From assembly GCA_963820595.1 (NCBI GenBank), contig CAWGAO010000008.1:9857-73856 (forward strand): 64,000 nt of DNA, in the 5' to 3' direction. Shown piece after piece: positions 17,732-29,135 of the stretch. A program made the translations under genes and the position numbers. Numbering within the stretch: position 1 is the stretch's first letter; every line of letters starts with the position of its first letter. This stretch comes from Candidatus Tagabacteria bacterium (GTDB taxonomy: Bacteria; Patescibacteriota; Minisyncoccia; GCA-002779875). The notes under the pieces are model-generated. The model was not told where the DNA came from, searched no databases, and saw only the letters and a list, made by a program, of their open reading frames with translations.

Positions 17732-18877
17732 ATGGATTTTGAATTAAATGAAGAACAAAAACTGATCCAAAACAGCGTCAGAGATTTTGTAAAAAAGGAA
17801 ATCGCGCCCATTGCGGACGAAATCGACAAGAAAGACGAATTTCCGAGCGAAATAGTGCAAAAGATGGCTGGCCTGGGAATACTAAGTATCCCTTTACCGG
17901 AAGAATTTGGCGGAATGGGCGGCGACATCTTAAGTTATGTTTTAGCCCTCGAAGAAATATCTAAAGTTTCTGTGGCGGTAGCAATTACCGTTGCCGTCCA
18001 CACATCTCTTGTTTCCGCTCCGATTAACGAATTCGGAAACCGGAACCAAAAAGAAAAATATCTTGTGCCGCTGGCAAAAGGCGAAAAATTGGGGGCGTTT
18101 CTGCCTGACAGAACCTAATGTCGGCTCTGACGTCGGCTCCATAGAAACAACCGCCGAATTCAAAAAGACATGACCATTACCTCTTGAACGGAACAAAGAT
18201 TTTCATAACAAACGGCGGAGTGGCCGAAACTTATCTTGTTTTTGCCGCAACCGACAACCAGGAAAAAAAGCCGAAAAGATTGAGCGCCTTCATTATCGAA
18301 AAAGGGATGCCGGGGTTTTCTTTCGGCACCCGATACGAAAAAATGGGTTGGCGAGGCTCTGAAACCCGCGAGCTTATTTTTGAAGACGTGAAAATTCCTC
18401 TTGAGAATTTGTTGGGCCAGCGAGGCGACGGATTTCTCGAGGCGATGAAAATTTTGGACGGCGGGAGAATCAGCGTCGCGGCATTATCTCTCGGTTTGGC
18501 CGGCGGAGCCTTGGAAGCCGCCTTAAAATACGCAAAAACACGGCGGCAATTTGGGAAAACTCTTGCCGAATTTCAGGCAGTCCAAATTTTGCTTGCCGAT
18601 ACGGCGACGGAGATAGAAGCTGCCAGATATTTAATCTGGAAAGCTATTCAGCTTAAAGAAAAAAACAAACCGTATCGTAAAGAAGCGGCGATGGCAAAAC
18701 TTTTCAGCTCGGAAATGGCCGTAAGAACAGTTTCAAAAGCTCTCCAAATCCACGGAGGCTCCGGATACATGAAGGATTCTCCGGTGGAACGATTCTACGG
18801 GATGCTAAGGTGCTGGAAATTGGTGAAGGCACTTCGGAAATCCTTCGGTTGCTAATTGCCAGTGAATTAAGAAATTG
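17732..18877 (+). CDS. acyl-CoA dehydrogenase, 3 apparent single-nt frameshifts
   Basis: ...GAF/CLTEPNVGSDVGS... and ...ERFY/RDAKVLEIGEGTSEILRLLIASELRN recovered by frame changes; one clearly a TTT/TT homopolymer. Confidence 0.75.
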
Positions 18878-18889
18878 AGAAAAAAGTAA

Positions 18890-18990
18890 TCAGAAGCCGG
18901 TGGATCCCGTTAGAAGTCCGCATTAAATATGCGGCAGATATTGAAAACATCTTACTTCTAACGGGATGGACATCACCGGCTTTTTTGTTT
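18890..18990 (+). mobile_element. MITE-like hairpin element (cccgttagaagt...acttctaacggg) with outer stem and T-run
   Basis: same terminal repeats as family at 30554, 30731, 38491. Confidence 0.5.
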
Positions 18991-19075
18991 GCAATAATTT
19001 TTAAGAATGACTCGCTTTTTATATTTTTCTATAATGAAAGAGAAGGAAAAAGTTCTTTAAAAAAGGGAGAAACAA

Positions 19076-20242
19076 TGAACAATTCGGATATGGAAAGAAT
19101 GCAAGAAAAATTTTATCTTTATTTGCGTATCTTTATTTGCGTATTTAATTTTTTGTTTTGGGGTTTCATTTTCTGGTTTTCTGGAGATTGGCCTCACCGT
19201 TTCCAAAACCAAAATCCGATTGCCGTTGCACATGCCGAAGAAATGCAGGCGCTTTACGCTAGCCCGCAAAAGGAAATCCAGCCAAAGCCCGCGCCGGATG
19301 AAATCCGGGCGATTTATCTGGGCAGCGATAATATTTTCAACGAAAAGAAAATCGCGGCGCTTGAAAAAATCCTGGAAACTACGAATGCAAACGGCATTGT
19401 CGTAGATTTCAAAGACAGCAACTCGCCTTCACAGGAATACATGTCAAACCTGGTAAAACGCTTCAAAAAGCACAATACCTACACAATCGCGCGCATAGTC
19501 GCCTTTCAAGATTCTTCTTTCGCGAGAAAACATCCGGAAGTCGCGATTAAAACTTCTTCCGGCGAATTTTGGTGGAGCGGCAGAAAAGCATGGAAAAGGT
19601 ATTGGCTCGACCCTGCTTCTGAATCTGGCACAAGACTATAACATTGAAGTTGCAAAACGGGCGATTGACGCCGGCTTTGATGAAATCCAATTTGACTACA
19701 TCAGATTCCCGACCGACGGCCCGAAAGATATCCGTTATCCCGTCTTTGACTCAAAAAGAATGAATAAGGAATCTGTTATAGAATAATTTTTCCGAAAAAA
19801 TAAAAAAAGAATTGAAAGCTTATTCGCCGAATATTTTAATCGGGATAGATCTTTTCGGAGAAGTTTTCATTTACGGAAAAGAATCGGGCATTGGCCAAAA
19901 CCTTAAAAAGTTTGGCGGAAAATTTCGACGTTTTATGTAATATGTCGTATCCCACGCACCACCAGTGCGGCGAATTCGAACGTTCAAGACCCATCTACCG
20001 ATCCGTATAAAGTCTATTATGCAACTCTCAAGAATGGATTAAATTTTTTGGAAGGCAAAAAAGTCATTATCCGGCCGTGGATTCAGGATTTTACTCTGCA
20101 TAGCATCTATGATTGCGGTCCAACCGTTTATTACGGGCCACGCAAAGTGCGAGCCCAAATCCAAGCCGGCCGCGACCTCGGCATAAACGGCTTTATGCTC
20201 TGGAATGCTGGCAGTAATTTCACAATCGGAGTTTTAAAATAA
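19076..20242 (+). CDS. membrane-anchored putative glycoside-hydrolase-like TIM-barrel protein (DUF4015-like), >=4 apparent frameshifts
   Basis: motifs FWWSGRKAWKRYWLDP, EIQFDYIRFP, INGFMLWNAGSNF spread over three frames. Confidence 0.55.
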
Positions 20243-20302
20243 ATCTCGGTATATCGGTATAATCAAAATTTAAAATGCCCAACAGAAATCTGTCAGGCAT
20301 TT

Positions 20303-20944
20303 TTATTTTTTCCTTTCCTTAAGCCATCTCAATGCGAGATTGCGCAAGTATTTTAAATTTTCTTTTCTGAAAAAATTATTCAAGGCAATGTTTATTCTTT
20401 CAGTTGACTCGAATAATTTTCTCGCTTTTATGCGGTTAATCAATTCTTTCGGCTCTATATCAATATTAATGATATCCGCACCGGCTACAATAATATCTGG
20501 TATTCTCTCCGAAACCAGAATTCCCAAATTCTGCTCAACTTCCATGGCAAGCGATTCAAGATGCTGGATATTGAGCGTTGCATTTACATCAATGCCCGCT
20601 TTCAATAACTCCATTACATCCTGATACCGTTTTACGTTTTTGCTATCCGAAGTATTGGTATGGGCGATTTCATCAATAAGCGCTATCGCGGGCCGGCGTT
20701 TTATTATCGCTTCAACGTCGGTTTTCTGCAGTGTTATCCCCCGGTATTGTATTTGCTTGCGCGGAATTTCTTCAATGCCTTTCGCTTTTTCAACTGTCTC
20801 ATGCCAGTGCGGCTCAATATATCCGATTACGACATCAATTCCTTTACTTATTAATTCATGCGCTTCGGTCAGCATCCCGTATGTTTTACCGACGCCAACC
20901 GCGTAGCCGAAATAAATTTTCAACCTTCCTTCATTCATTATCAA
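20303..20944 (-). CDS. KdpD N-terminal sensor-like / Usp-like nucleotide-binding domain protein
   Basis: YFGYAVGVGKTYGML P-loop-like start typical of KdpD N-domain. Confidence 0.55.
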   Translation of the reverse strand: MIMNEGRLKIYFGYAVGVGKTYGMLTEAHELISKGIDVVIGYIEPHWHETVEKAKGIEEIPRKQIQYRGITLQKTDVEAIIKRRPAIALIDEIAHTNTSDSKNVKRYQDVMELLKAGIDVNATLNIQHLESLAMEVEQNLGILVSERIPDIIVAGADIINIDIEPKELINRIKARKLFESTERINIALNNFFRKENLKYLRNLALRWLKERKK

Positions 20945-21022
20945 TTCCTTTCTTTTATCTGTTGATTTTAGAAATAAAAAGGCCCGCCGTTTCGCGAGCC
21001 CTTTTCGGTCCCTGATTATGCA

Positions 21023-21631
21023 TTATGCAAACAGGGTTTTGATCTTTGTGAAAATACTGACGTTGTTCTTTGCCGCTTCGGTTTCAAGCTCGAGGTTGGT
21101 GATTTGAAGCTTAAGATCAGCGATGTCTTCCTTATGCTTGGCCTCGGCCGCGGCAACCTTCTTATTCATCTCTTTGTTCGCCTTTGCAATCAGATTTTCG
21201 CCCCACTCTCTGATATCATCGGCTTTAAATGCGGCACCATCACAGACCTTATCGATCTTCTTTTCGAGGGCTGCGACCTTTTTCTCCCGTACATCTTCGA
21301 TCTTGTCCACTTTCTTCAAAACCACCCTTCCTATTGCCTCGATGGTGGTTTTGGCGGCGGTTTTAAGGGTGCTGATCAAGCTTGCGGTTTCCGTCTCGGC
21401 CTCTTTGAGTCCGTCATTGGCAGTCTTGAGACCTTCCTGCATCTCGGCTACCGATGTCTCGAGTTCAGCAATTTTCAACTCGGCTTCAGCCACAACCGTA
21501 ACCGGAAGACCTAAAGCTTCCACGAATGCCGCACCGGTTTTGGCGCCATCGGGAGTAATGTCGGGCTTTTTACCTACGACAACTAATGCTTGCACCAACC
21601 CAAACTTCTTCTTGCTTCCGAAAATTCCCAT
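21023..21631 (-). CDS. coiled-coil protein (202 aa), hypothetical
   Basis: heptad-rich Ala/Lys/Glu sequence; SD aaggagg; consensus promoter upstream. Confidence 0.5.
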   Translation of the reverse strand: MGIFGSKKKFGLVQALVVVGKKPDITPDGAKTGAAFVEALGLPVTVVAEAELKIAELETSVAEMQEGLKTANDGLKEAETETASLISTLKTAAKTTIEAIGRVVLKKVDKIEDVREKKVAALEKKIDKVCDGAAFKADDIREWGENLIAKANKEMNKKVAAAEAKHKEDIADLKLQITNLELETEAAKNNVSIFTKIKTLFA

Positions 21632-21744
21632 TTTGATACCTCCTTATGCGTTTTTGAGCCGTTTTTAGCTCATTTTTTCGCCGAATTTATTGAGATTTCC
21701 GGCGATTTTCGAGATTTTCAGCGAACTATACGGTCAACTGAAAT

Positions 21745-21771
21745 TTCACTCTCAATTATATCGGAAATAAT
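21745..21771 (-). promoter_or_regulatory. consensus promoter TTGACA-16-TATAAT for gene 21023-21631
   Basis: rc ctaTTGACAgatttattatttccgaTATAATtgag. Confidence 0.55.
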
Positions 21772-21778
21772 AAATCTG

Positions 21779-22045
21779 TCAATAGAAGTCGGCTTTGGCT
21801 TTAATAGACACCATATTAACGGTAGCCACCTCACTTCCTTTATCCAAGGATGTGCAAAATTTACAATTTAACGCAACCCGTCCTCCTCTAAAATTCATAG
21901 GAACTTTAATCGGAGAAATATTCATCCTCTTGCACTTACAGCAATAAAAACGCACGCTTATCTCTTTTTCCCAATATATCTTTGCGCCAAGATTAAAATA
22001 TTTTTTAATCTTTTTTATAAAAGCAGATGGGAAATTGTAAAACAT
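21779..22045 (-). CDS. small zinc-ribbon protein (88 aa)
   Basis: CCKCKR ... CKFC motifs. Confidence 0.4.
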   Translation of the reverse strand: MFYNFPSAFIKKIKKYFNLGAKIYWEKEISVRFYCCKCKRMNISPIKVPMNFRGGRVALNCKFCTSLDKGSEVATVNMVSIKAKADFY

Positions 22046-22159
22046 TGGTTCCCCCTTTATGGATTTTTCTTAATTCAATGTACAAAAATTATTAACCATA
22101 TTCATTAGCAAACTCTGGAAATTTTGTCAAATATATGCTAAATTTTAAAATGTGCCCCT

Positions 22160-22285
22160 GTAGTCCCGATAATTCTAAATTTGAATTATCGAGGATCCTC
22201 GATTTTCTAGCGAAAATCGGGATGAAATGGACCCCGAAGTATAAACCTTCGGTTTAACTACGGGGCAGGTATCACTTAAAAATAA
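22160..22285 (+). ncRNA. structured leader upstream of tRNA-Arg (three-way stem arrangement, shares aactacggggcaggt with repeat family at 1440/58380)
   Basis: outer stem cccctgtagt/actacgggg enclosing two hairpins; preceded by TTGTCA-16-TAAAAT. Confidence 0.35.
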
Positions 22286-22286
22286 T

Positions 22287-22360
22287 GCGCCCTTAGCTCA
22301 ATGGATAGAGTACTGGTCTTCGGAACTGGTGATAGGGGTTCGAATCCGTCTAGGGGCGCA
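22287..22360 (+). tRNA. tRNA-Arg (TCG), T-arm irregular
   Basis: acceptor gcgccct/ggggcgc, D-arm, anticodon loop CTTCGGA, GGTTCGAATCC box; T-stem does not pair cleanly. Confidence 0.6.
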
Positions 22361-22386
22361 TGAAAGAAGAATTATCAAAATAAATT

Positions 22387-23903
22387 ATGAATTACAAAAT
22401 CCCAGAAGAAATTGACCGTAAAAAAGAGATTTCGAAGGAAATTTGAACCTTTGAAAGTGCCGAAAGATTCGGCTACGACGCCTACTTGTTGGCGGCTGCG
22501 TAAGAGATATCTTACGTGGAACCGTTTATGGTGAGCATGTCGAACCGAAAGACTGGGACATCACGACAAACGCCAAACCCGAAGAAATCCAAAAAATTTT
22601 TCCCGAAAATTTTTACGAAAACAATTTCGGCACCGTCGCCGTAGTGACGAAATCCGAAAACCCTGCCATTAAAACCATCGAAATCACTCCTTACCGCAAA
22701 GAAGCAAAATATTCCGACAAACGGCATCCGGACACGATTACTTGGGCGAAAACATTGAAAGAAGATTTGACACGCCGCGATTTCACCGATAAACGCGCTG
22801 GCCCTTCGAAAACGCTCAGGGCAAGCACATGAAATTGTGGACTTATTTGACGGCCAAAAAGATTTAAAAGAAAAAATTATCCGGGCGGTCGGGAATCCCG
22901 AAGAAAGATTTAACGAAGACGCCTTAAGAATAATGAGGGCCGTCCGTTTCAGCGCGGAACTTGATTTCGATATCGAGAAAAAAACCGAAGAAGCGATTGA
23001 AAAAGAAAAAGGGCTGCTTGGAAATGATTTCAAAAGAACGAATCCGCGACGAACTGGTAAAAATGCTGATGTCGGAACATCCGGACAAAGGATTTGAAAA
23101 AATGCGCGAAACAGGACATTTTGCGCTATGTCTTGCCCGAACTCGAAGAAGGATACGGCGTTGGCCAAAACAAACACCATATTTACACCGTCTGGGAGCA
23201 CAATATCCGAGCCTTGATGCACGCCGTAGATAAAAAATGGCCGCTTGAAATTCGACTGGCAAGTTTGTTGCACGACATCGGCAAACCGCGAACAAAAGAC
23301 GGCGAAGGGCCGGATTCCACTTTTTACGGACATGAAATTGTCAGCGCGAAAATGGCCGCCAAAATTTTAGCGCGCCTGAAATTTCCGAATAAATTAAGCG
23401 AAAAAGTTCTGAAACTCGTCCGCTGGCATTTGTTTTTTTCGGACGTTGAAAAAATCACGCTTTCGGCGGTACGAAGAATCATCAGAAACGTCGGGCCGGA
23501 AAATATCTGGGATTTGATGAAAATCCGCTTTACCGACAGAGTCGGAATGGGCAGGCCGAAAGAAGAACCTTTCCGCCTGCGAAAATACGAAGCAATGGTT
23601 GAACAAGCTCTTCGCGATCCGACTTCCGTATCAATGCTCAAAATAAACGGAAACGAAATTATGGAAATCGCCGGCATCGAGCCCGGCCCGAAAGTCGGCT
23701 ATATTCTGCACGCGCTTTTGGAAGAGGTATTGGACGACCCTTCGCTTAACACGAAAGAGTGGCTCGGCAACGAAGTGAAAAGATTAATCGATTTGCCCGA
23801 AGCCGAATTGGAAAAATTGGGCAAGGCCGGAAAAGAAAAAAAGGAGGAAATTGAAGAAAAAGAAATTGAAAAAATCAAAGAAAAGTATAGAGTGAATAAA
23901 TAA
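22387..23903 (+). CDS. cca: CCA-adding enzyme / tRNA nucleotidyltransferase with HD domain, >=5 apparent frameshifts
   Basis: [21 protein letters not shown]..., [18 protein letters not shown] (HD) found across different frames. Confidence 0.7.
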
Positions 23904-24044
23904 AAGAACGCGGGCTGGAGTCCCGACGCGCTTCGCGGTCGGGGTCCCGACTGAAACGTCGGGATATGATGGCATCCCCGAAGGAGTCGCCTTCGGCGAC
24001 CCTACGGGGAAAATCGGGACACGCCACGCCCGCCCACCTTTTAT

Positions 24045-24118
24045 CGGGGAATAGTATATCGGTAGTACGCACGCTTCGGGTGCGTGAAGGCCGGGTTCGA
24101 TTCCCGGTTCCCCGACCA
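24045..24118 (+). tRNA. tRNA-Pro (CGG) with encoded CCA
   Basis: CGGGGAA acceptor, anticodon loop TTCGGGT, GGTTCGATTCC, 3' TTCCCCG-A-CCA. Confidence 0.8.
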
Positions 24119-24148
24119 TAAGAGACATATCAAGATAGACTAAGATGT

Positions 24149-24925
24149 ATGACAATAGAAAAACTCTTCAAAAATAATGAAAATATCGTTCAGATAAAAA
24201 AAGAGGTGAAAAGACATCTCAAATTAATACCCAGATTGGATGAAAAAAGAATAGCAATACGCCGATTTATTACAGAAGGAACAAAACTTACTAAAAATCA
24301 TTGCGATGCGATAGTTTGTCCTCTGTATTCGGGATTGATTCCCGCCGCCTTGTTTCGCGAATTATATTCCAAAAAGAACCATAGGAAACTGCCAATTTTT
24401 ACTTTTCTTGTGCCAAGAGAGCATTGCGCCAGAGAAAAACAAAAATACGAAGTAGTATTTAATAAATATGGCGAAAAAATTATTGACGTTATACAAAAAG
24501 ATTTTGTTTTATTCTTAAATAAGCACAATTTAGGCAAAGATAGTAAAATCTTGTTTATCGATGCAAATATAGCCAAAGGATTTACCTTGGCATATTTTTT
24601 AAAAACCGCTAAAAAAATCGGGCTAAAAAACAAGAATATTATTATAGTAATTACTGACACGAGGGCTGAGAAAAAGGAACTTAAAATTTTATCAAAAAAA
24701 TTTTTAAAAGGAGGAAAGTTTATCTTTTTTAGCCAGAAGAACGAAATAACTAATAAAGTATTTGATAATGTTCTTTCGCCAACCTGCAATATCAGATACG
24801 TTTGCAAGAAATTCAAAAATGGTAAAGTTGTTTTATCCGGAGGAAAGCTCACTTATTATCCGTATTATCTTGCATTGGCCTTATTTAAAGAAGAATATAA
24901 AAATTATGGAAATCACTTCAAATAA
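24149..24925 (+). CDS. AT-rich hypothetical protein, possible degenerate phosphoribosyltransferase-like fold
   Basis: ILFIDANIAKGFT resembles PRTase motif; composition differs from neighbours; directly 3' of tRNA-Pro. Confidence 0.35.
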   Translation: MTIEKLFKNNENIVQIKKEVKRHLKLIPRLDEKRIAIRRFITEGTKLTKNHCDAIVCPLYSGLIPAALFRELYSKKNHRKLPIFTFLVPREHCAREKQKYEVVFNKYGEKIIDVIQKDFVLFLNKHNLGKDSKILFIDANIAKGFTLAYFLKTAKKIGLKNKNIIIVITDTRAEKKELKILSKKFLKGGKFIFFSQKNEITNKVFDNVLSPTCNIRYVCKKFKNGKVVLSGGKLTYYPYYLALALFKEEYKNYGNHFK

Positions 24926-25018
24926 TATAGCCGACTAAATAATTTTCGTTGTTATGGAAAAGAATAAATAATGCAAATAAAATAAAATCACTTGAGAATC
25001 TCGGTAAGATGATTGAAA

Positions 25019-25560
25019 ACTATGATGCTGAAACGTGGAAGCACTCCGAAAGAGTCGCGGAACTGACGGAACAATTTGCCCGATTCATAGGGGAATCCGA
25101 TAATCAAACGATTGAGAAACTCAAAACCGGCGCTTTATTGCACGACATAGGAAAAATAAAAATCCCCTCGGCAATAATCAATAAACCCGGAGCTCTCGGT
25201 AAGGAAGAGTATGAATTAGTTAAAGAGCATCCGAAACTTGGTTTAGAAATGCTAAATTCCGCAAATATCGAGCAAAGCGAAAAAAACCCCGGCGCAATCG
25301 CAGAAATAATTTATTCCCATCATGAAAAATGGGACGGCAGCGGTTATCCGGACGGCTTACAAGGAGAAAAAATACCTTTATCCGCTCGTATTTTCAGTAT
25401 TTTAGATATCTGGGATGCGATAACAAACGACCGTCCTTATCGAAAATCGTTATCGCCCAAAGAAGCGGTAAAAGAAATTCAATCTCTTGAAAGAACCAAT
25501 CTGGACCCGCAGTTAGTCCGTAAATTTATTTCTTTTATAGAAGAAAGAGTCATCGTCTAA
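25019..25560 (+). CDS. HD-GYP / HD-domain phosphohydrolase
   Basis: LHDIGKIKIP, HHEKWDGSGYP, DIWDAITNDRPYR motifs. Confidence 0.75.
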
Positions 25561-25701
25561 AACTGAATCGGCCAACTGATTTTAGTTGCCCTGATTTCGT
25601 TCGTGGCAGTTTCCTGGCAAGAGTGGCAGAAAATTCTGATGTTCCGAAAAACAAAGTTGGCGTATAATTAAAAAGATAATAAATAACAGGGGTAAAAATT
25701 T

Positions 25702-26890
25702 ATGCAAATCGCAAAACGAATCAATTCATTGGGAACGGAACAGGCTTTTCATGTTTTGGCGCGGGCAAAAGAAATGGAAAGGAAAGGAATCGATATGATT
25801 CACATGGAAATCGGCGACACAGATTTTGACACGCCGAAAATTATAAAAAATGCCTGCTATAAGGCCCTTGATGAAAATAAAACCCATTATCTCCCATCGC
25901 AAGGACTTTTGGAATTACGGCAGGAAATCGCGAAATATATTTCAAAAACGCGGAAAATTCCGGTTGCGCCGGAAGAAGTGGTAGTGACGCCCGGCGGTAA
26001 GCCGATTATTTTTTATACTATTTTGGCGACAGTTAATCCCGGCGACGAAGTTATCGTTCCCAATCCCGGATTTCCGACTTATGAATCGGTTGTGAATTTT
26101 ATCGGCGCGAAAGCCGTTCCCTTGCCGATACTCGCGGAAAACGATTTCCAAGTCGATTTGAAACAACTCGCCAAACTCATTACCAAAAAAACAAAACTGA
26201 TTATCGTTAATTCCCCTCATAATCCGACCGGAGGAATTTTGACTCATCAAAATCTGGCCGGCATCGCGAAACTCGCAAAAAAACACAATCTTTGGGTGCT
26301 TTCCGACGAAGTTTACGACCGAATTAATTTTCGAAAGGAAAATTTGAAAGCATTGCGTCTTTGCCGGGAATGAAAAAACGAACGATTATTCTCAACGCTT
26401 TCACTAAAACTTATTCAATGAGCGGCTGGCGCTTGGGATACGGCGTAATGCCGGCAAGAACTGGCGAAAGTAATCGCCAACTTAATCAACAATTCCATTT
26501 CCTGCACGACGAATTTTATCCAATGGGCCGGAATTGCCGGCTTAGCTGCGCCGGAAAGCACAATCGCAAAAATGCGCAAAGAACTGAAAAAACGGCGCGA
26601 CTTGCTGGCTAAAAGAAATGAATGAAATTGCCCGGCGTAAAATGCCACGTGCCGAAAGGAACGATTTATCTTTTCCCCGATATCCGCGGAACCGGAAAAA
26701 CCAGCCGAGAAATTTTCGATATTCTTTTCAACAAAGCTCATATCGCCGCTTTGTCGGGCGCGGCTTTCGGAAAATACGGAGAAGGATTTTTGCGGTTGTC
26801 ATTCGGCAGTCTGCCAGTTCCAAAAATCAAAGAAGCAATCCAGCGGATGAAAAAAGTCTGGCCCCTACTCGCTAAAGTTTCGCAGAGCCG
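25702..26890 (+). CDS. class I/II aminotransferase, 2-3 apparent frameshifts
   Basis: NSPHNPTGG, FTKTYSMSGWRLGY, GFLRLSF motifs across frames. Confidence 0.7.
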
Positions 26891-26895
26891 AAAAT

Positions 26896-27581
26896 CTATG
26901 GCAAAGAAAAATAGTTTTAAAAAAAGGATTCTTGTCAGCATCACGGGTAAAACAGACCGCGAGTGGCAGAATAAAATGAAAGAAATAAATCGGCTCAAAA
27001 TCCCGCGAGTGGCTTTATTTTTGGAGTTCTTCAATAGAACGCAAAAAAAGAAAATATATCGAGCGCTTTTAAGGTCACAAATCAAAGAAATCCCCTTAGT
27101 ACACGTCAGAAACGACATGACCCGCGACGAGTTCGCTTTCCTGATAAAAAATTTTGGCACCCGCTATTTTACTATTCACGAAGACGGTTTCAAGTATCTC
27201 GGCAAATGGCAAGGTTTCCATAAAAAACTGTTTCTGGAAATGAATTATGACGGCCACATCGCCGGAAACGTCAAAGTCAAAAAGATAGGCGGGTTTTGCA
27301 TAGACTTATCCCATTTTAAAGCCGCGGAAGAAAGGTGGAAAAAAGACTTTCAATACATCCTACGGAGAAATAAAATTCATAAATACTTCGGCTGCAATCA
27401 CTTAAACGGATTTTCATATAAGACAAACAGTGATTTGCACACGGTGAAAAGCTCAAAGGATTTTGATTATTTAAAAACCTTACCTAAGTTTCTTTTCGGA
27501 AAGGTTATCGCCTTGGAAGTTTTCAACGGCATTACCGACCAGTTGAAATTCAAAAAGTATCTGGAGAAATTCCTAAAATAA
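26896..27581 (+). CDS. unknown ~228-aa domain, in frame with aminotransferase 3' end (possible fusion or missed stop)
   Basis: ATG GCA AAG AAA at 26896 continues same frame with no stop. Confidence 0.35.
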
Positions 27582-27589
27582 AAAAGCCG

Positions 27590-27790
27590 CAGTATTATGG
27601 CTTCTACCATGGTTTAACCATAATCCCTGCGGCAGCCCTCCCTTTTCCTTTATCGGGGCCGGCCATTCCCCTTACGGTAAGCCTCCGGACCTTTTGGTCA
27701 GGATACTCGATTTTGCAACTACCTTTGGTAGGCAGAATCGGTACAGAAATGGAGGCAAATTCATCTTAACAAAATTGATTTTCTTGTCAA
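27590..27790. other. structured non-coding region between convergent genes (nested stems gcctcc...ggaggc, ccgcag...ctgcgg)
   Basis: no ORF; several stable hairpins; no match to RNase P, SRP or tmRNA motifs that I can recognise. Confidence 0.3.
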
Positions 27791-27793
27791 GCC

Positions 27794-29093
27794 TCAAAAT
27801 TTTCCGGCACAAGGGCCGTCAAAGTATAATTTTGCGCCGAAATATTTTTGCGCGACTCGCCTTATCGCCTCTCGGGAAATTTTACTGATATATTCCCTGT
27901 AATTTCGCGGGTCAAAAATGTTTTTTCTGAAATAAGCGTCAGAAAGATATTTGGCTCGTGTTCCCAATTTTTCCAGATTATCGTCTTCTCTGGAAAGAAA
28001 GAGATTTTTCGCCCGTAAAAATTCCCGCTTACTTACTAAATTGGTTTTTAAATCTTCCAGTTCTTCCAGATATGGCATTTTTGCCTCTTTGAATCGGCGG
28101 GGATCAAAACCTCCCACCGTGATATAAAAAACGCCAATACCGCCATAATCGTCATAAATGCTTTCCAATTCATCGTATCCGATTCCCTTTCCTCTTCGCA
28201 GTGCTTTAGGAAGCCGAGATGACATTCCTCCGGAAAGAATTGATTCAAGAAGAAAAAATTTAAAAGAATCGGGATGGCTAAAACCAGGAACTCTATATCC
28301 CAAGGCCATATAAGCCAGTTTCAAACCCTTTCTTTTTTTAGGCGGGGGTTCTCGGCGTCTGTTCCTCAGATCAATTTTATATTCCGGTGCCTCAAAAGTT
28401 TGTCGCTTCAATCTGCCAAAAGTTTTATCGATCGTTTTTAAAACTCCTCTCCTCGTCAAATTTTCCGCAGACAAAAATGGTCATATTTTCCGGCACATAA
28501 AATTTCTTTTTAAAAGCAATTATTTCCTCTTTGGTAATACGCTTTACCGATTTAGGAGTGCCGAGAATCGGTTTTTCCGCACAAGTTTTTCTTAAAAGAA
28601 CAGGGATAAAAAGATGTTCAAGATAATGTTCTTTCGGCGAATCAATCGATTTTTTAATTCGGTAAGAATTTCCTCGACGCTCCCGCTCAATTTCTTCTTC
28701 TTTATATTCAAAATTCTGATTGTTTCGTAGACATATCCTGATGTTTTTGGAAAGATAGCGGGGATATCCTTGGATGTAAAAAATAGTGGAATCAAAATCA
28801 GTGCCGGCGCTTATCTGGGCTCCGCCGTCTTCCACATCTTCAGTAATCTCATCGGCAGCTACGGAAACGGGATTCGAATGGATATTCGAAGTGACTGATT
28901 CCTGTTCATAAAATGACTTATTCCGCTCATTTCTTCCGTTTCGTCCCTGACGCCGAACACCGACTCCGACCAAAAAAATCAACTTTCTTGTATTCCGGCA
29001 ATTCTTCCAAAAAAACAGTAAGACCATTGAGAAGAAGAATTTTTTTGATTCCGCTGATATGGTCTTTCTCGAGAAATCCGACGCGAGGCATTT
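27794..29093 (-). CDS. M16-family (pitrilysin-like) zinc peptidase, 1-2 apparent frameshifts
   Basis: HYLEHLFI (HxxEH inverted zincin motif); SD ggagg + ATG at 29093. Confidence 0.65.
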
Positions 29094-29135
29094 TTTCACC
29101 TCCTTCCGCTAATTTTTATATTTCAAAAAACTTAT

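Noticed and set aside
21123-21668. 181-aa + strand ORF
   Set aside because: Antisense to coiled-coil gene 21023-21631, which has promoter, SD and terminator.
22512-23333. 273-aa ORF on - strand
   Set aside because: Antisense shadow of the cca gene, whose fragments occupy the + strand here. No SD; low-complexity composition.
23905-24044. tmRNA or RNase P RNA upstream of tRNA-Pro
   Set aside because: No tag-peptide reading frame with tRNA-like ends, and none of the conserved RNase P blocks (for example GGAAAGTCCGG) are present.
24298-24852. 184-aa - strand ORF
   Set aside because: Lies inside and antisense to the better-supported + strand gene 24149-24925. AT-rich sequence gives long spurious frames.
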